A stretch of 64,000 nt of DNA from an uncultured Gemmatimonadales bacterium (GCA_963798085.1 CAWCRS010000001.1:64001-128000); one strand, 5' to 3'; positions 10,675-20,420 are shown, counted from the stretch's first letter. Notes: a model not told the origin generated them from the letters alone. Translations and numbers: made by a program.

Positions 10675-11175
10675 TCACGGCGCCAGGAAAGGCGACTGAC
10701 GGCCCGCCTCGCTGCCGGCATCGCGGATGATCGCCGAGAGAACGCGCATGTCTCGCGACTCACCACGCAACGCGGCTGTGAGTTCATGCGCGGTGAAGCG
10801 GCCCGCGATCGTGAGATAGATCGCGCCCCTGCCGCTGGGCAGCCCGATCGCCACGACCGTGTCCTCCGCCGACCACGCGACCGGAATCTTGCCGCCGATC
10901 GCGGTGATCAGCGCAATATCGTGGTCGCCGAGCCACGGCGCGCCGTCGAGCATCTCGGCCAACGAGCCGACCGTCGTCGTCCCCGGCGACACGTGACGGC
11001 GAACCAGCTGGATGAGCGCGAGCATCCGATGCGCATCCGCCCTCGTTGCGTCGTTGGCGATGGCGCTCCAGAACGACGGCGTCTCGACCACGGGTGCGAC
11101 CTGCTCCGCTGCTCCACGGAGTTCGGCCTCCGTCGCGTCGCGCCGCTCGAACACCTCGAAAGGATGGGACGACAC
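10675..11175 (-). CDS. Hypothetical protein, candidate immunity protein
   Basis: 166-aa ORF whose GTG start overlaps the upstream TAG stop by 1 nt; no recognisable family. Confidence 0.6.
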   Translation of the reverse strand: MSSHPFEVFERRDATEAELRGAAEQVAPVVETPSFWSAIANDATRADAHRMLALIQLVRRHVSPGTTTVGSLAEMLDGAPWLGDHDIALITAIGGKIPVAWSAEDTVVAIGLPSGRGAIYLTIAGRFTAHELTAALRGESRDMRVLSAIIRDAGSEAGRQSPFLAP

Positions 11176-12161
11176 TATCTTGTTTCTATCTTTGTCGTCT
11201 TTGTTGCCTTCTTACCCTTGGCACAGCAATCCCATGTCGCTTTCAGCGTGTGCGAGATCGCGCCGGTTCCGCCACTCAGAGTCGGGGCGCTGGTGGTCGC
11301 GGGCAGGATCCACGTAGGTGCCTTGTTAGTGACCGTGAAGCTGGTCGGCAGCGTGAGGTCCTCGTAGAATTCAGCGGTCCCCCTGACCGTGACGGTTCCC
11401 TTGGTGTCACTTCCAGGACCAGGGGTAGAAAAGGAGTCGTCGTTGACGTCCCCGCCCTCGGCATAGGTCGTGACCTTCTGGTCCTTGTTGATCTGCCACG
11501 CTTCCCAGACCGGATACCAGCTCGGTTGCAACCCACCGACTTTCGCCGGATCGACCGCCTTGTTGCTGCAGTCCTTGACGCTGTACGGCACTTCTACCTT
11601 CTGAACTACCCATCCACCTTTGGTCGTCGGCTTGTCGAGCTCCCACTGAATCATCCAGTCGAAGCCACCGCAGTCATTCGCAGTCGGGCCTGACACATTC
11701 GACTTCTTCAATTTCGGCGGCTTGGTGGCGGCACCCTTTACCGCCTTGGCACCAGCGCCGCTGGTTTTCGGCCCGTGGCCGCCGGTTACCTCAGGCCACT
11801 GCCCTTCAGCCGGCAGGGATGCACCGAGCTTGCCGGCAACGTTGTCTGCTCCCCGCACGTTACCGGCACTCGCTCCGCTCGCATCGCGCCTCGCCCGGGC
11901 CGTCGCCGCCTCAGCGGCGAGTATGGGAATTCGGCCGAAATCATGACGCGCGCGCGGAATGCCGCTGGAATCGCGTGTGTCGGTTCCGGCACCCCCATCC
12001 AGCATGCCCTGCGCGGCTTGATGCGCGATTGTTTGCTGGTAATGACGCGTCGGGTGCACCTCGTTGCGGAACACGGCGGGCCCTCGACCGGACAGTCCGG
12101 GTCTGACAAATGTGGTCTGCCCGGTCGTCGGTTTCTTCGACTGCTTTGCGAAGGCGGGCAT
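11175..12161 (-). CDS. Putative eCIS cargo / polymorphic-toxin-like protein
   Basis: ATG 12161 with AGGAG RBS; low-complexity N-terminus with QQTIAHQAAQGML and HDFGRIPI; compact Trp/Cys-rich C-terminal domain (GGFDWMIQWEL, GGWVVQKV, WEAWQI, WDCC). Confidence 0.65.
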   Translation of the reverse strand: MPAFAKQSKKPTTGQTTFVRPGLSGRGPAVFRNEVHPTRHYQQTIAHQAAQGMLDGGAGTDTRDSSGIPRARHDFGRIPILAAEAATARARRDASGASAGNVRGADNVAGKLGASLPAEGQWPEVTGGHGPKTSGAGAKAVKGAATKPPKLKKSNVSGPTANDCGGFDWMIQWELDKPTTKGGWVVQKVEVPYSVKDCSNKAVDPAKVGGLQPSWYPVWEAWQINKDQKVTTYAEGGDVNDDSFSTPGPGSDTKGTVTVRGTAEFYEDLTLPTSFTVTNKAPTWILPATTSAPTLSGGTGAISHTLKATWDCCAKGKKATKTTKIETR

Positions 12162-12303
12162 GATCATCTCCTGCGTGCGCATCAGAGCCTGAACTTTCGC
12201 TGCCGTCAGCTGCGTGGCCGTGCGCAACTCCAGAGTGCGATGATCGTGACCGCCGCGCCAGCTTCATTGCCCGACCGGGAACGGCCGTGGTCCCGGATCC
12301 CGC

Positions 12304-12825
12304 TCACCCCGCGGGCAGCCGCCCGTGCGCGCGCAGGAACGGCACCAGCCCGCCCGCTTCCAGCAGCGACAGCGCAATGTCGGGGAGCGGTTCTGCTGCC
12401 TGCACGGCGTCGCGCGTCAGGTTGCGGATCTCGACGCCCGCAGCAGCCACGTGGATGTGCAGTCGATCACCCTCCCGTACGCTGCCGGTATCGCAGCACA
12501 ATGGCATTAACCCGTTGTTCACGGCGTTGCGGAAGAAGGCGCGCGCGAAGCTCTGCGCGAGCACGGCGGGGATGCCCGCCGCCAGGATCACCGTGACGGC
12601 AACTTCCATGGCCGAGCCGCAGCCGAAGTTGCGGCCCGCCACCAGCACATCGCCGGGCTGCACGGATGCGGCGAAGCCGGGATCCACCGCCTCCAGCAGC
12701 CACTGCTTCAGCTGCGCTTCATCGAGCGTGTCGCGCTTGCGTGTGGATGCGATGATGTAGTCGCTGTTGATGTGGTCGCCGAACACGCGCGCCCTCGCCT
12801 CCATGCTGCGCAGCGTGCCGGTCAT
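12304..12825 (-). CDS. LeuD/DmdB-like aconitase-family hydratase small subunit
   Basis: GDHINSDYII, AGRNFGCGS, SFARAFFRNAVNNG; ATGA overlap with the large subunit. Confidence 0.9.
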   Translation of the reverse strand: MTGTLRSMEARARVFGDHINSDYIIASTRKRDTLDEAQLKQWLLEAVDPGFAASVQPGDVLVAGRNFGCGSAMEVAVTVILAAGIPAVLAQSFARAFFRNAVNNGLMPLCCDTGSVREGDRLHIHVAAAGVEIRNLTRDAVQAAEPLPDIALSLLEAGGLVPFLRAHGRLPAG

Positions 12826-14087
12826 GACGCGAACGCGCGCGGATCGGTAATACGCCCGCTTGCAGCCGCCGCGCCACACGCGGCGGGCGAGGCCAGGTAG
12901 ATGGCGGCCCGCGCGTTGCCCATTCTCGCCTTGAAGTTGCGGTTCGCGGTGGAGAGCACGTTCATGCCGTCGCCGGGAATCGCGCCGCTGGTGCCGCAGC
13001 ACGCGCCGCAGCCGGGCGTCGTGATGATGGCGCCCAGGGCGGCATAGCGTTGCAGTGTGCCATCGGCCAGCAGCTGCAGGTACACTTCGCGCGAAGCCGG
13101 TGTGAGCACGAGCTGCACGCCCGGCGCAATGCGCCCGCCCGCGCGCTCCAGCGTGGCCAGTGCCTCATGGAAGTCGACGACGCGCCCTCCGGTACACGTC
13201 CCGATGAACACCATGTGCACCGGTGTGCCTGCCGCCTGCTCGATGCCCACCACATGGTCCGGCGAATGCGGCAGCGCCACAGCCGGCCCCAGCGCATCCA
13301 GGTTCAGAGTGACCTCGCGAACGTAATGTGCGTCGTCGTCCGACCTCACCGTCGTACCGCGCTCCGTGGTGCGACCTTCGAGGTATGCGTGCGTCTGCGC
13401 ATCGGCGGCAAAGATGGCGGCCTTGGCATCCATCTCCACGGCCAGGTTGCACAGCACCATGCGGTCGTCGACTGACATTGCCGCGGCGGCCGTGCCGTGG
13501 AATTCCAGAGTCTGATACGATGCGCCGTCGTTGCCCAGCTCGCGCACCAGGGCCAGCGCGGCATCCTTCGCGCCCACGCCCGCACCACAATGTCCGGTCA
13601 GCCGCACGCGGATCGTCGCGGGCACGCGCAGCCACACCTGTCCGGTGAGCATGGCGGCCGCAAGGTCGGAGGAGCCGACGCCGGTGGCGAAGAGACCGAG
13701 TGCGCCGCAGGTGACGGTGTGGCTGTCCGCGCCAATCACCAGATCGCCCGGCAGCACACGGCCCAGCTCCGCCGCCAGCTGGTGGCTGATGCCCTCCCCC
13801 ACTTCGTGCAGCTCCACGCCGTAATCGCGCGCAAAGCGGCGCACGCGATCATGGAACGCGGCCGTTTTTGCCGAGGCCGGCGGCGAGTAGTGGTCCAGCG
13901 CGAAGAGCACGCGCGCGGCGTCGAACACCGCGTTACCACCCATTTTCGCGAAATAGTCGATGGCCATGGGCGACGACGCATCGGTACCAATGACGCGGTC
14001 CACGCGGCACACGACGATGTCGCCGGCCCTCGCCTCGCGACCGGCCGCGCGACTCAGGATCTTCTCGCTGATCGTGCGCCCCGGCAT
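12822..14087 (-). CDS. LeuC/DmdA-like aconitase-family [4Fe-4S] hydratase large subunit
   Basis: TISEKIL, DH, GADSHT, IGTCTGGR, PGCGACCG, STANRNFKARMG; alternative GTG start at 14096. Confidence 0.92.
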   Translation of the reverse strand: MPGRTISEKILSRAAGREARAGDIVVCRVDRVIGTDASSPMAIDYFAKMGGNAVFDAARVLFALDHYSPPASAKTAAFHDRVRRFARDYGVELHEVGEGISHQLAAELGRVLPGDLVIGADSHTVTCGALGLFATGVGSSDLAAAMLTGQVWLRVPATIRVRLTGHCGAGVGAKDAALALVRELGNDGASYQTLEFHGTAAAAMSVDDRMVLCNLAVEMDAKAAIFAADAQTHAYLEGRTTERGTTVRSDDDAHYVREVTLNLDALGPAVALPHSPDHVVGIEQAAGTPVHMVFIGTCTGGRVVDFHEALATLERAGGRIAPGVQLVLTPASREVYLQLLADGTLQRYAALGAIITTPGCGACCGTSGAIPGDGMNVLSTANRNFKARMGNARAAIYLASPAACGAAAASGRITDPRAFAS

Positions 14088-14092
14088 GGCGG

Positions 14093-15379
14093 TCACGCGC
14101 TGCTGGCCGCTGCGGCCGTGGCGACCGGCGACGTCGGCAGCGTCTCGCCTTCGCCGCGCGCGACCCACGCGCTGCCCGCGAGATTGCCAATCGTGTTGAC
14201 CGTGGTGCGGCACATGTCGAGCGGGCGATCTATGCCCGCCACCAGGGCAATGGCGGCCGCCGCCTGCGGCCCCAGCCCGATCGCGTTCAATACGATGAGC
14301 GTGGTGACCAGCGAGCTGCCCGGCACGCCGGCCCCGGCAAACGCGGCCATGGTCGCGGTGAGGACGATGGTGAGCCGTGTCGCCCCCGTCAGTCCCACAC
14401 CGTACAGCTGCGCGATGAATACCGCCGTAACCGCCTTGTAGACAGCCGCACCGTTCTTGTTCAGCGTGGTGCCCGCGGGCAGCACGAAGCTGACAATGGT
14501 GTTCGAGATGCCGAGTCGGTTGCGCGCCGCCGCCATGCTCACGGGCAGTGTGGCGCTCGAGGATGCGGTGGAGAAGGCCAGCAGCAGCGCGTCGGAGGTG
14601 TCACGGAAGAAGCGTCGCACGCCGACCCGTGCGCCCACACGCAGCAGTGGCAGCAGCACCAGCGACACGTGCAGGGCCAGCGCCAGAATCACGCACAGCC
14701 CGTAGAGCAGCAGGCTGCCCAGCAGCCCGGCGCCCGAGCGCGCCACGGTGGCCGCCACCAGCAGCGCCACGGCGACCGGCGCCAGGCGCATCAGCCAGCC
14801 GATCACGACCATGCACAGCTCATTGATGCCCTGAAAGAACGCGAGCACGGTCTGCGCCGCCTGACCGCGTGTCAGTGTGGCGGCCGCGCCGAAGATGCAG
14901 ACTGCCACGATGAGCGGCAGCAGATCCGCCTGAGCGGCGGCGGCGAACGGGTTCTGCGGGATCATGGCAAGCAGTGTCTGCCCCAGCGTCGGCGCTACCG
15001 CCAGCGGCATCTCTAACGATGCGTTTGCCATGCCCAGCGAAGCCCTTGCCGCCGCATCCAGCCCGGCGCCCACGTGCAGCAGCAGCGCCAGCACCAGCCC
15101 GATGGTCGCGGCGCACAGCGTGGTGAAGAGGAACCAGAGCAGCGTCCGCCCGCCGATGCTCCCCAGACGCCGCACATCGCCCAGCGAGGCAATGCCGGTG
15201 AACAGGCTGGCCACCACCAGCGGCACCACCACCATCGTGATCAGTCGAATGAACGCGGTGCCGAACGGCTCGAGTGCGAACACCACTGTCTGCACGCTGT
15301 CCGCGCCCGGCAGCTTCGCGCCGGCACCGATCACCGCGCCGGCCAGCAGACCGGCGAGGATCTGCGTGTGCAGCTTCAT
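14093..15379 (-). CDS. Dicarboxylate/amino acid:cation symporter (DAACS, GltP/DctA family)
   Basis: FIRLITMVVVPLV, AFSTASSSATLP, AGVPG, IDRPLDMCRTTVN. Confidence 0.93.
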   Translation of the reverse strand: MKLHTQILAGLLAGAVIGAGAKLPGADSVQTVVFALEPFGTAFIRLITMVVVPLVVASLFTGIASLGDVRRLGSIGGRTLLWFLFTTLCAATIGLVLALLLHVGAGLDAAARASLGMANASLEMPLAVAPTLGQTLLAMIPQNPFAAAAQADLLPLIVAVCIFGAAATLTRGQAAQTVLAFFQGINELCMVVIGWLMRLAPVAVALLVAATVARSGAGLLGSLLLYGLCVILALALHVSLVLLPLLRVGARVGVRRFFRDTSDALLLAFSTASSSATLPVSMAAARNRLGISNTIVSFVLPAGTTLNKNGAAVYKAVTAVFIAQLYGVGLTGATRLTIVLTATMAAFAGAGVPGSSLVTTLIVLNAIGLGPQAAAAIALVAGIDRPLDMCRTTVNTIGNLAGSAWVARGEGETLPTSPVATAAAASSA

Positions 15380-15410
15380 GACGGGGGCGGCGTCGCCGCC
15401 ACGGTCCGGC

Positions 15411-16091
15411 TCACTCGATCACGCCCTTCTGCCGCAGTGCGCCGTCGATCTCGGCGCGATACAGTACGCCCGCGTGGATCTCCTCGATACGCAGGCGCTC
15501 ACGCTCCGCCAGCGCCGCGACCAGCTCGAGCACTTCCGCCGCACTGTCGCGCGGCACGACCGCGATGCCGTCGCTGTCACCCACCACGATGTCGCCCGGT
15601 GACACCACCGTGCCGCCGCAGCTGATGGGCCCATTGATCTCGCCCGGCCCATCCTTGTCACAACCACCCGGACTGACCGTGCGGCTGTACGCGGGGAAGC
15701 CCAGCCGCGTGATGGCCTCCACATCGCGGATGGCGCCATCGACGACAATGCCACCCAGGCCCTTGCCCACGGCCGTGTGACACATCAGCTCGCCAAACAC
15801 CGCGCTAGTCGTGTTGCCGCACGTGTTCACCACCACGATGTCGCCGGGCTCCGCCTCCTGCAGCGCCTTGTGCACCATCAGGTTGTCAGCGGGCCGGCAG
15901 CACACGGTGACCGCCAGGCCGCAGAGCGGCAGGGCGCTGCGCGCATGCATGCCGGGGTCCATGAAATGGAAGCGGCCCATGGCATTGGCCAGGTTGGGTG
16001 CGGCCAGTCCCTGGAAGCGGGCGACCAGCGCGGCAGCCAGGCGAGGCGGCGCTGGCAGCACGCGGAATCCCGGCTTGCCCGCCTTCGGCAT
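15411..16091 (-). CDS. RraA-family / HMG-CHA aldolase-like protein
   Basis: DNLMVHKAL, FGELM, VDGAIRD, VSPGDIVVGDSDG; AGGAG RBS before ATG 16091. Confidence 0.9.
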   Translation of the reverse strand: MPKAGKPGFRVLPAPPRLAAALVARFQGLAAPNLANAMGRFHFMDPGMHARSALPLCGLAVTVCCRPADNLMVHKALQEAEPGDIVVVNTCGNTTSAVFGELMCHTAVGKGLGGIVVDGAIRDVEAITRLGFPAYSRTVSPGGCDKDGPGEINGPISCGGTVVSPGDIVVGDSDGIAVVPRDSAAEVLELVAALAERERLRIEEIHAGVLYRAEIDGALRQKGVIE

Positions 16092-16301
16092 GATGGCATC
16101 TCCTGTCGCGCGGTTGCGACCGTGGCGTGCACACGTGCCTGCGCACGAGTCGCGCGAATCATGCGCGAGACCGGCGTAGTGCCGCAACTGCGACCGGCAG
16201 GCACCCGGCGAGAACCGGCGAGCGCGTCCTGCCAGCGAACCATTCAACCAGAGCTGAAGCCGCCTGTTCATGTGCCGCGCACCTGGTGTGCGGCTGTCGT
16301 T

Positions 16302-16401
16302 GATCCTCGCGGCGCGGGGATCCAGATCCTCGGGCCCTTGGATCTACTGCCTTCGATCCATTGCTGCCGTCTGCGCGCGAGGCCGACATTCGCGCCGGAT
16401 C
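16302..16401. promoter_or_regulatory. GATC-rich repeat cluster in the divergent promoter region upstream of the eCIS operon
   Basis: GATC at 16302, 16319, 16325, 16341, 16355 and 16398; function inferred only. Confidence 0.4.
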
Positions 16402-16427
16402 TTCAGCCGGAGCTCGGACGACGGCTC

Positions 16428-16775
16428 GTGGAACACGTTCGCGTCGTAATGGCCGGCCTGCCACGCATGCTCCGGGACCTGATCCGCGTTCAGCTGGAAG
16501 CGGAGCCGGGCGTGGTCGTGGCGGCGGAAAGTGGCGTGGTAGCGGCGCTGCCCGAACTGCTGTCGGATGGTCGGGCGGATGTGCTGGTGCTGGGCGTCAC
16601 CTCGGAGCCGAGCTGGCGTGCGGTGTGTGAAACGCTGGCGCTGCGCGAGCGGTTGCGGATGCTGACCGTGGGTGAGGGCGGGCGCGTGCTGCGCGTGTAC
16701 GCGCTGCGTGCGCGTCCGGTCGAGGGATCGATCGCAAGTCTGATCACCGCGATCCGTGAAGAGAGCGGCGAGTGA
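16428..16775 (+). CDS. Degenerate stand-alone receiver (REC)-like protein
   Basis: VRVVMAGLPRMLRDLIRVQLEAEPGVVVAAE...ADVLVLG resembles a NarL-type REC fold without the acidic pocket or phospho-Asp; no HTH. Confidence 0.6.
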   Translation: MEHVRVVMAGLPRMLRDLIRVQLEAEPGVVVAAESGVVAALPELLSDGRADVLVLGVTSEPSWRAVCETLALRERLRMLTVGEGGRVLRVYALRARPVEGSIASLITAIREESGE

Positions 16776-16827
16776 GCGGCAACCGGCGGCAGACCGGCTG
16801 CTCGCGTGTTGACGTCGAGGAGGTGCC

Positions 16828-19059
16828 ATGCCTGCAAGCCTGACGTTCCCCGGTGTTTACCTCGAAGAATTGCCCAGCGGCGTTCGCACGATCACCGGCG
16901 TGGGCACATCGCTGGCCGCGTTCCTCGGCTTTACGCCGCGCGGCCCCGTGAATCGTGCGGTGCGCGTGCAGAGCTTCGCCGATTTCGAGCGCAGCTTCGG
17001 CGGGCTCAGCACGGCCAGTCCGCTCGGGCACGCGGTGCGACAGTTCTTCCTGAACGGCGGCGCCGACGGCTATGTGGTGCGCGCCGCGGCGGGCGCACAG
17101 ACCGCGAGCGTGCAGCTGCTCGACACGGGCGGCAATCCCTCGCTCGAGGCCACGGCCTCGTCGCCGGGCGCCTGGGGCAACTTCCTCCGCCTGACAGTCG
17201 ATTACGCCACCGCATCGCCCGAGAGCACGTTCAACCTGCGCGTGACCGAGCTGGTGCTGGACGGCGGCACGCCGCGTGTGGGACGCGCGGAGAACTTCGG
17301 CGGCCTCACCATGAACAGTCTGGCCGCGAACTACGCGGTCGACGTAGTGAACGCCGCTTCACAGCTGATCCAGCTCACGCGTCTGGCGGGCGCAGCGGCC
17401 AATGCGGGCACGGCGTTCAGCGGCCCGATCGTGGCCGCTGACCTGGCCGCGCTCGACGCGGGCCACAACCGCCTGGCCGTCTTCGTCAACGGACAGGGTC
17501 CGTTCGAGGTAGCGCTGGCGCTGCCGGTCGCCGATGTCGCGGATCTCGCGAACAAGATCACGACCGGCCTGAACGCGACCGGCGATCCGCTGGCCGCGGG
17601 CGTCACCGTCTCCGCCGCGGGCAGTCGCATTCAGCTCACGTCGGGCACGACGGGTGACGACTCGACGCTTCGCGTGGGTCCCGCCAGCACCAATAATGCA
17701 TCCATCAGGCTGCACTTCGGCGTGATCAATGGCGGTCGCGAAGTCAATGCGGCGGGCGTGATCCGTCCCTCGCCCAGCGGCACGACAGGCGGCGCCGCCA
17801 TTGACACGGCCACGGTGGCGACCGGCCCGCTCGACGTCACGGTCACGCCGCGTGTGGGCGGCGCGGCCACCGACACGCTCGCGCTCACCGTTCCCCCGCA
17901 GCCGCTGACCGCGGCGCAGGTGCGCACCATTGTCGAGCAGGCCCTGCGTGCGGCCACACGCCCGGCGCTGCGCACAGCCACGGTCGCGCTGGTGGATAAC
18001 AGACTTGTCATCACTGCCGCCAATGACGATGCCACCCGCCTCGGCTTCGGCAACACGCTGGCGGCACCGCTCGGTCTGACGGGCGGCACCAGCAATGTTG
18101 CCATGTATGCGCTGGGCACCGGTCCGACAGCGGGGCAGCAGGTGCAGGGCACGTCGGGTTTCGATGGCAATCCGCCTTCGCCTGCCGACCTGATCGGCAG
18201 CCGCGCCGCACGCACCGGCCTCTACGCGCTCGAGGGCGTCGACCTCTTCAACATCATGCTGGTGCCCGGCGAAACCTCGAACGCAGTGTTATCCGAGGCG
18301 CTGGCCTACTGCACCGAGCGCCGCGCCATGCTCATTGTCGATCCGCCGCAGAATGCGCAGTCGGTGGATGATGCGACGACGTGGCTCGACTCGATCGGCG
18401 CCCTGCGCAGCCGCAACGCGGCCGCCTACTTCCCGTGGGTCTCGCTGGAGGATCCGGTGCGCGGCTTCCGTCCCACCGGCTTCCCGCCCTCGGGCACCGT
18501 GGCCGGCGTCTGGGCGCGCACGGATACCGAGCGCGGCGTGTGGAAGGCACCCGCCGGCACCGACGCCAGCCTGCGCGGCACCATCGGCCTCGCCAGCACG
18601 CTGACCGACGCGCAGAACGGCGTGCTCAATCCGCTCGGCCTCAATGTGCTGCGCACACTGCCCGTGTTCGGCTCCGTGGTCTGGGGCGCGCGCACACTGC
18701 GCGGCGCCGACCAGATGGCCGACGAATACAAGTACATCCCGGTGCGCCGCCTCGCGCTGTTCCTCGAGGAAAGTCTGTTCCGCGGCCTGCAGTGGGTGGT
18801 GTTCGAGCCCAATGATGAGCCGCTCTGGGCGCAGATCCGTCTCAATGTCGGCGCCTTCATGCAGACGCTGTTCCGCCAGGGCGCATTCGCCGGCACATCG
18901 CCACGCGACGCCTATTTCGTGAAGTGCGACAGCGAGACGACGACGCAGAACGACGTGAATCTCGGTGTGGTGAATGTGGTCGTCGGATTCGCGCCGCTCA
19001 AGCCGGCGGAATTCGTCGTTATCAAGATCCAGCAGATGGCCGGCCAGGTGCAGACCTGA
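16828..19059 (+). CDS. Contractile tail sheath protein (Afp2/3/4-like)
   Basis: PGVYLEELPSG, FFLNGG, AAAYFPW, RGVWKAPAG, VWGARTL, YIPVRR, WVVFEPND, FAPLKPAEFV; GAGGAGG RBS. Confidence 0.97.
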   Translation: MPASLTFPGVYLEELPSGVRTITGVGTSLAAFLGFTPRGPVNRAVRVQSFADFERSFGGLSTASPLGHAVRQFFLNGGADGYVVRAAAGAQTASVQLLDTGGNPSLEATASSPGAWGNFLRLTVDYATASPESTFNLRVTELVLDGGTPRVGRAENFGGLTMNSLAANYAVDVVNAASQLIQLTRLAGAAANAGTAFSGPIVAADLAALDAGHNRLAVFVNGQGPFEVALALPVADVADLANKITTGLNATGDPLAAGVTVSAAGSRIQLTSGTTGDDSTLRVGPASTNNASIRLHFGVINGGREVNAAGVIRPSPSGTTGGAAIDTATVATGPLDVTVTPRVGGAATDTLALTVPPQPLTAAQVRTIVEQALRAATRPALRTATVALVDNRLVITAANDDATRLGFGNTLAAPLGLTGGTSNVAMYALGTGPTAGQQVQGTSGFDGNPPSPADLIGSRAARTGLYALEGVDLFNIMLVPGETSNAVLSEALAYCTERRAMLIVDPPQNAQSVDDATTWLDSIGALRSRNAAAYFPWVSLEDPVRGFRPTGFPPSGTVAGVWARTDTERGVWKAPAGTDASLRGTIGLASTLTDAQNGVLNPLGLNVLRTLPVFGSVVWGARTLRGADQMADEYKYIPVRRLALFLEESLFRGLQWVVFEPNDEPLWAQIRLNVGAFMQTLFRQGAFAGTSPRDAYFVKCDSETTTQNDVNLGVVNVVVGFAPLKPAEFVVIKIQQMAGQVQT

Positions 19060-19098
19060 GTCGGGACTGTCGGCAAGTAATCTCGTCGGAGGCCGGTC

Positions 19099-19626
19099 AT
19101 GGCACAGTTCACGGTCAATGCCACGCGCTTCGATCCCTACAAGAACTTCAAGTTCCGCGTGAAGTGGGATGGTCGATACGTCGCGGGCGTGAGCAAGGTC
19201 GGTTCGCTCAAGCGCACCACGGAAGTGGTGAAGCACCGCGAGGGCGGCGATCCCAGCTCGAGCCGGAAATCCCCCGGTCGCACGGAATTCGATGCCATCA
19301 CGCTGGAGCGCGGCGTGACACACGACACCGAGTTCGAGAAATGGGCCAACAAGGTGTGGAACTTTGGCTCGGGCCTGGGCGCGGAGACGTCGCTGCGTGA
19401 TTTCCGCAAGGACGTGATCCTCGAGGTCTACAATGAAGCCGGTCAGCTGGTGCTGGCCTACAAGATCTTCCGCTGCTGGGTCTCCGAATTCCAGGCGCTG
19501 CCGGACCTCGACGCCAACGCCAATGCTGTCGCCATCCAGCACATCAAGCTGGAGAACGAAGGCTGGGAGCGTGACTACAATGTGGTCGAGCCGCAGGAGC
19601 CCAGCTTCACTGAACCGCTGACGTAG
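19099..19626 (+). CDS. Tail tube protein (T4 gp19 / Afp1/5-like)
   Basis: DPYKNFKFRV, HREGG, KSPGRTEFDAITLERG, LDANANAVAIQHIKLENEG. Confidence 0.96.
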   Translation: MAQFTVNATRFDPYKNFKFRVKWDGRYVAGVSKVGSLKRTTEVVKHREGGDPSSSRKSPGRTEFDAITLERGVTHDTEFEKWANKVWNFGSGLGAETSLRDFRKDVILEVYNEAGQLVLAYKIFRCWVSEFQALPDLDANANAVAIQHIKLENEGWERDYNVVEPQEPSFTEPLT

Positions 19627-19628
19627 TC

Positions 19629-20420
19629 GTGGGGCGCAGTACGAGTCCGTCCGATCTGCTGCGCGTCTGGGAACGAGGCGATTCGCGCCCGCTGCCCGAG
19701 CGCGCGCTCGAGCTGCTGGCGCTCGCGCTGCCGGACGCACCGTGGGACGAGCTCGCCGCCCTGTCCTTGGCCGCGCGCGATCGCGAACTGCTGCGGCTGC
19801 GCGCGGCGCTGTTCGGCGAATCGCTCGATGCCACCGCCCGCTGTCCCGCGTGTGCGGGCACGGTCGCGTTCCGCACGACAGTTCCGGAGATGCTGCGCGC
19901 CCTCTCCGGCGACGCACCGGTTCAGCGGCTGGATCTGGAAGGCGACACGTTCCGGGTCCGGCCACCGAACGCGCTCGACCTCGTCCTCGCCGCACGCTGC
20001 GCCGATGCCGCTGCCGCCACCCGCCTGGTCATGCAACGTTGTGTTAGCACAGACACCGGTGCACCGGACGACGGCAGCATGACGGCGGGGGCAGGCGCGG
20101 ACGGAGCAGGTCCGGCGGCCCGGGATAACGGCTGGTTTGACGGATTGCCGGATGCCGCGCAGGCTGCCCTTGCCGCGGCCATGGATCGCGTCACCGAGCC
20201 CGCTTCCCTGCAGATCGCACTGGCTTGCGCGGACTGTGGCGCGCATGTGCCGGTGGAGTTCGACATTGTCCCTTTCCTCTGGCGCGAAGTCGCCGCCGAG
20301 GCGAAGCGGCTCGCGAGTCAGGTCGTGCTGCTGGCCCGGGCCTTTGCCTGGCGCGAACGCGACATCCTCGAGCTCTCCGCCGCCCGCCGCCGTCTCTACC
20401 TCGAGCTGGCAGGCGGCTGA
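19629..20420 (+). CDS. eCIS tail/baseplate assembly chaperone-like protein
   Basis: Follows the tube gene; CPAC and CADC pairs; C-terminal LARAFAWRERDILELS..RR.YL motif. Confidence 0.7.
   Translation: MGRSTSPSDLLRVWERGDSRPLPERALELLALALPDAPWDELAALSLAARDRELLRLRAALFGESLDATARCPACAGTVAFRTTVPEMLRALSGDAPVQRLDLEGDTFRVRPPNALDLVLAARCADAAAATRLVMQRCVSTDTGAPDDGSMTAGAGADGAGPAARDNGWFDGLPDAAQAALAAAMDRVTEPASLQIALACADCGAHVPVEFDIVPFLWREVAAEAKRLASQVVLLARAFAWRERDILELSAARRRLYLELAGG

Noticed and set aside
12304..14087. Naming these genes leuC and leuD
   Set aside because: No leucine pathway context and a divergent cluster motif; symbols withheld
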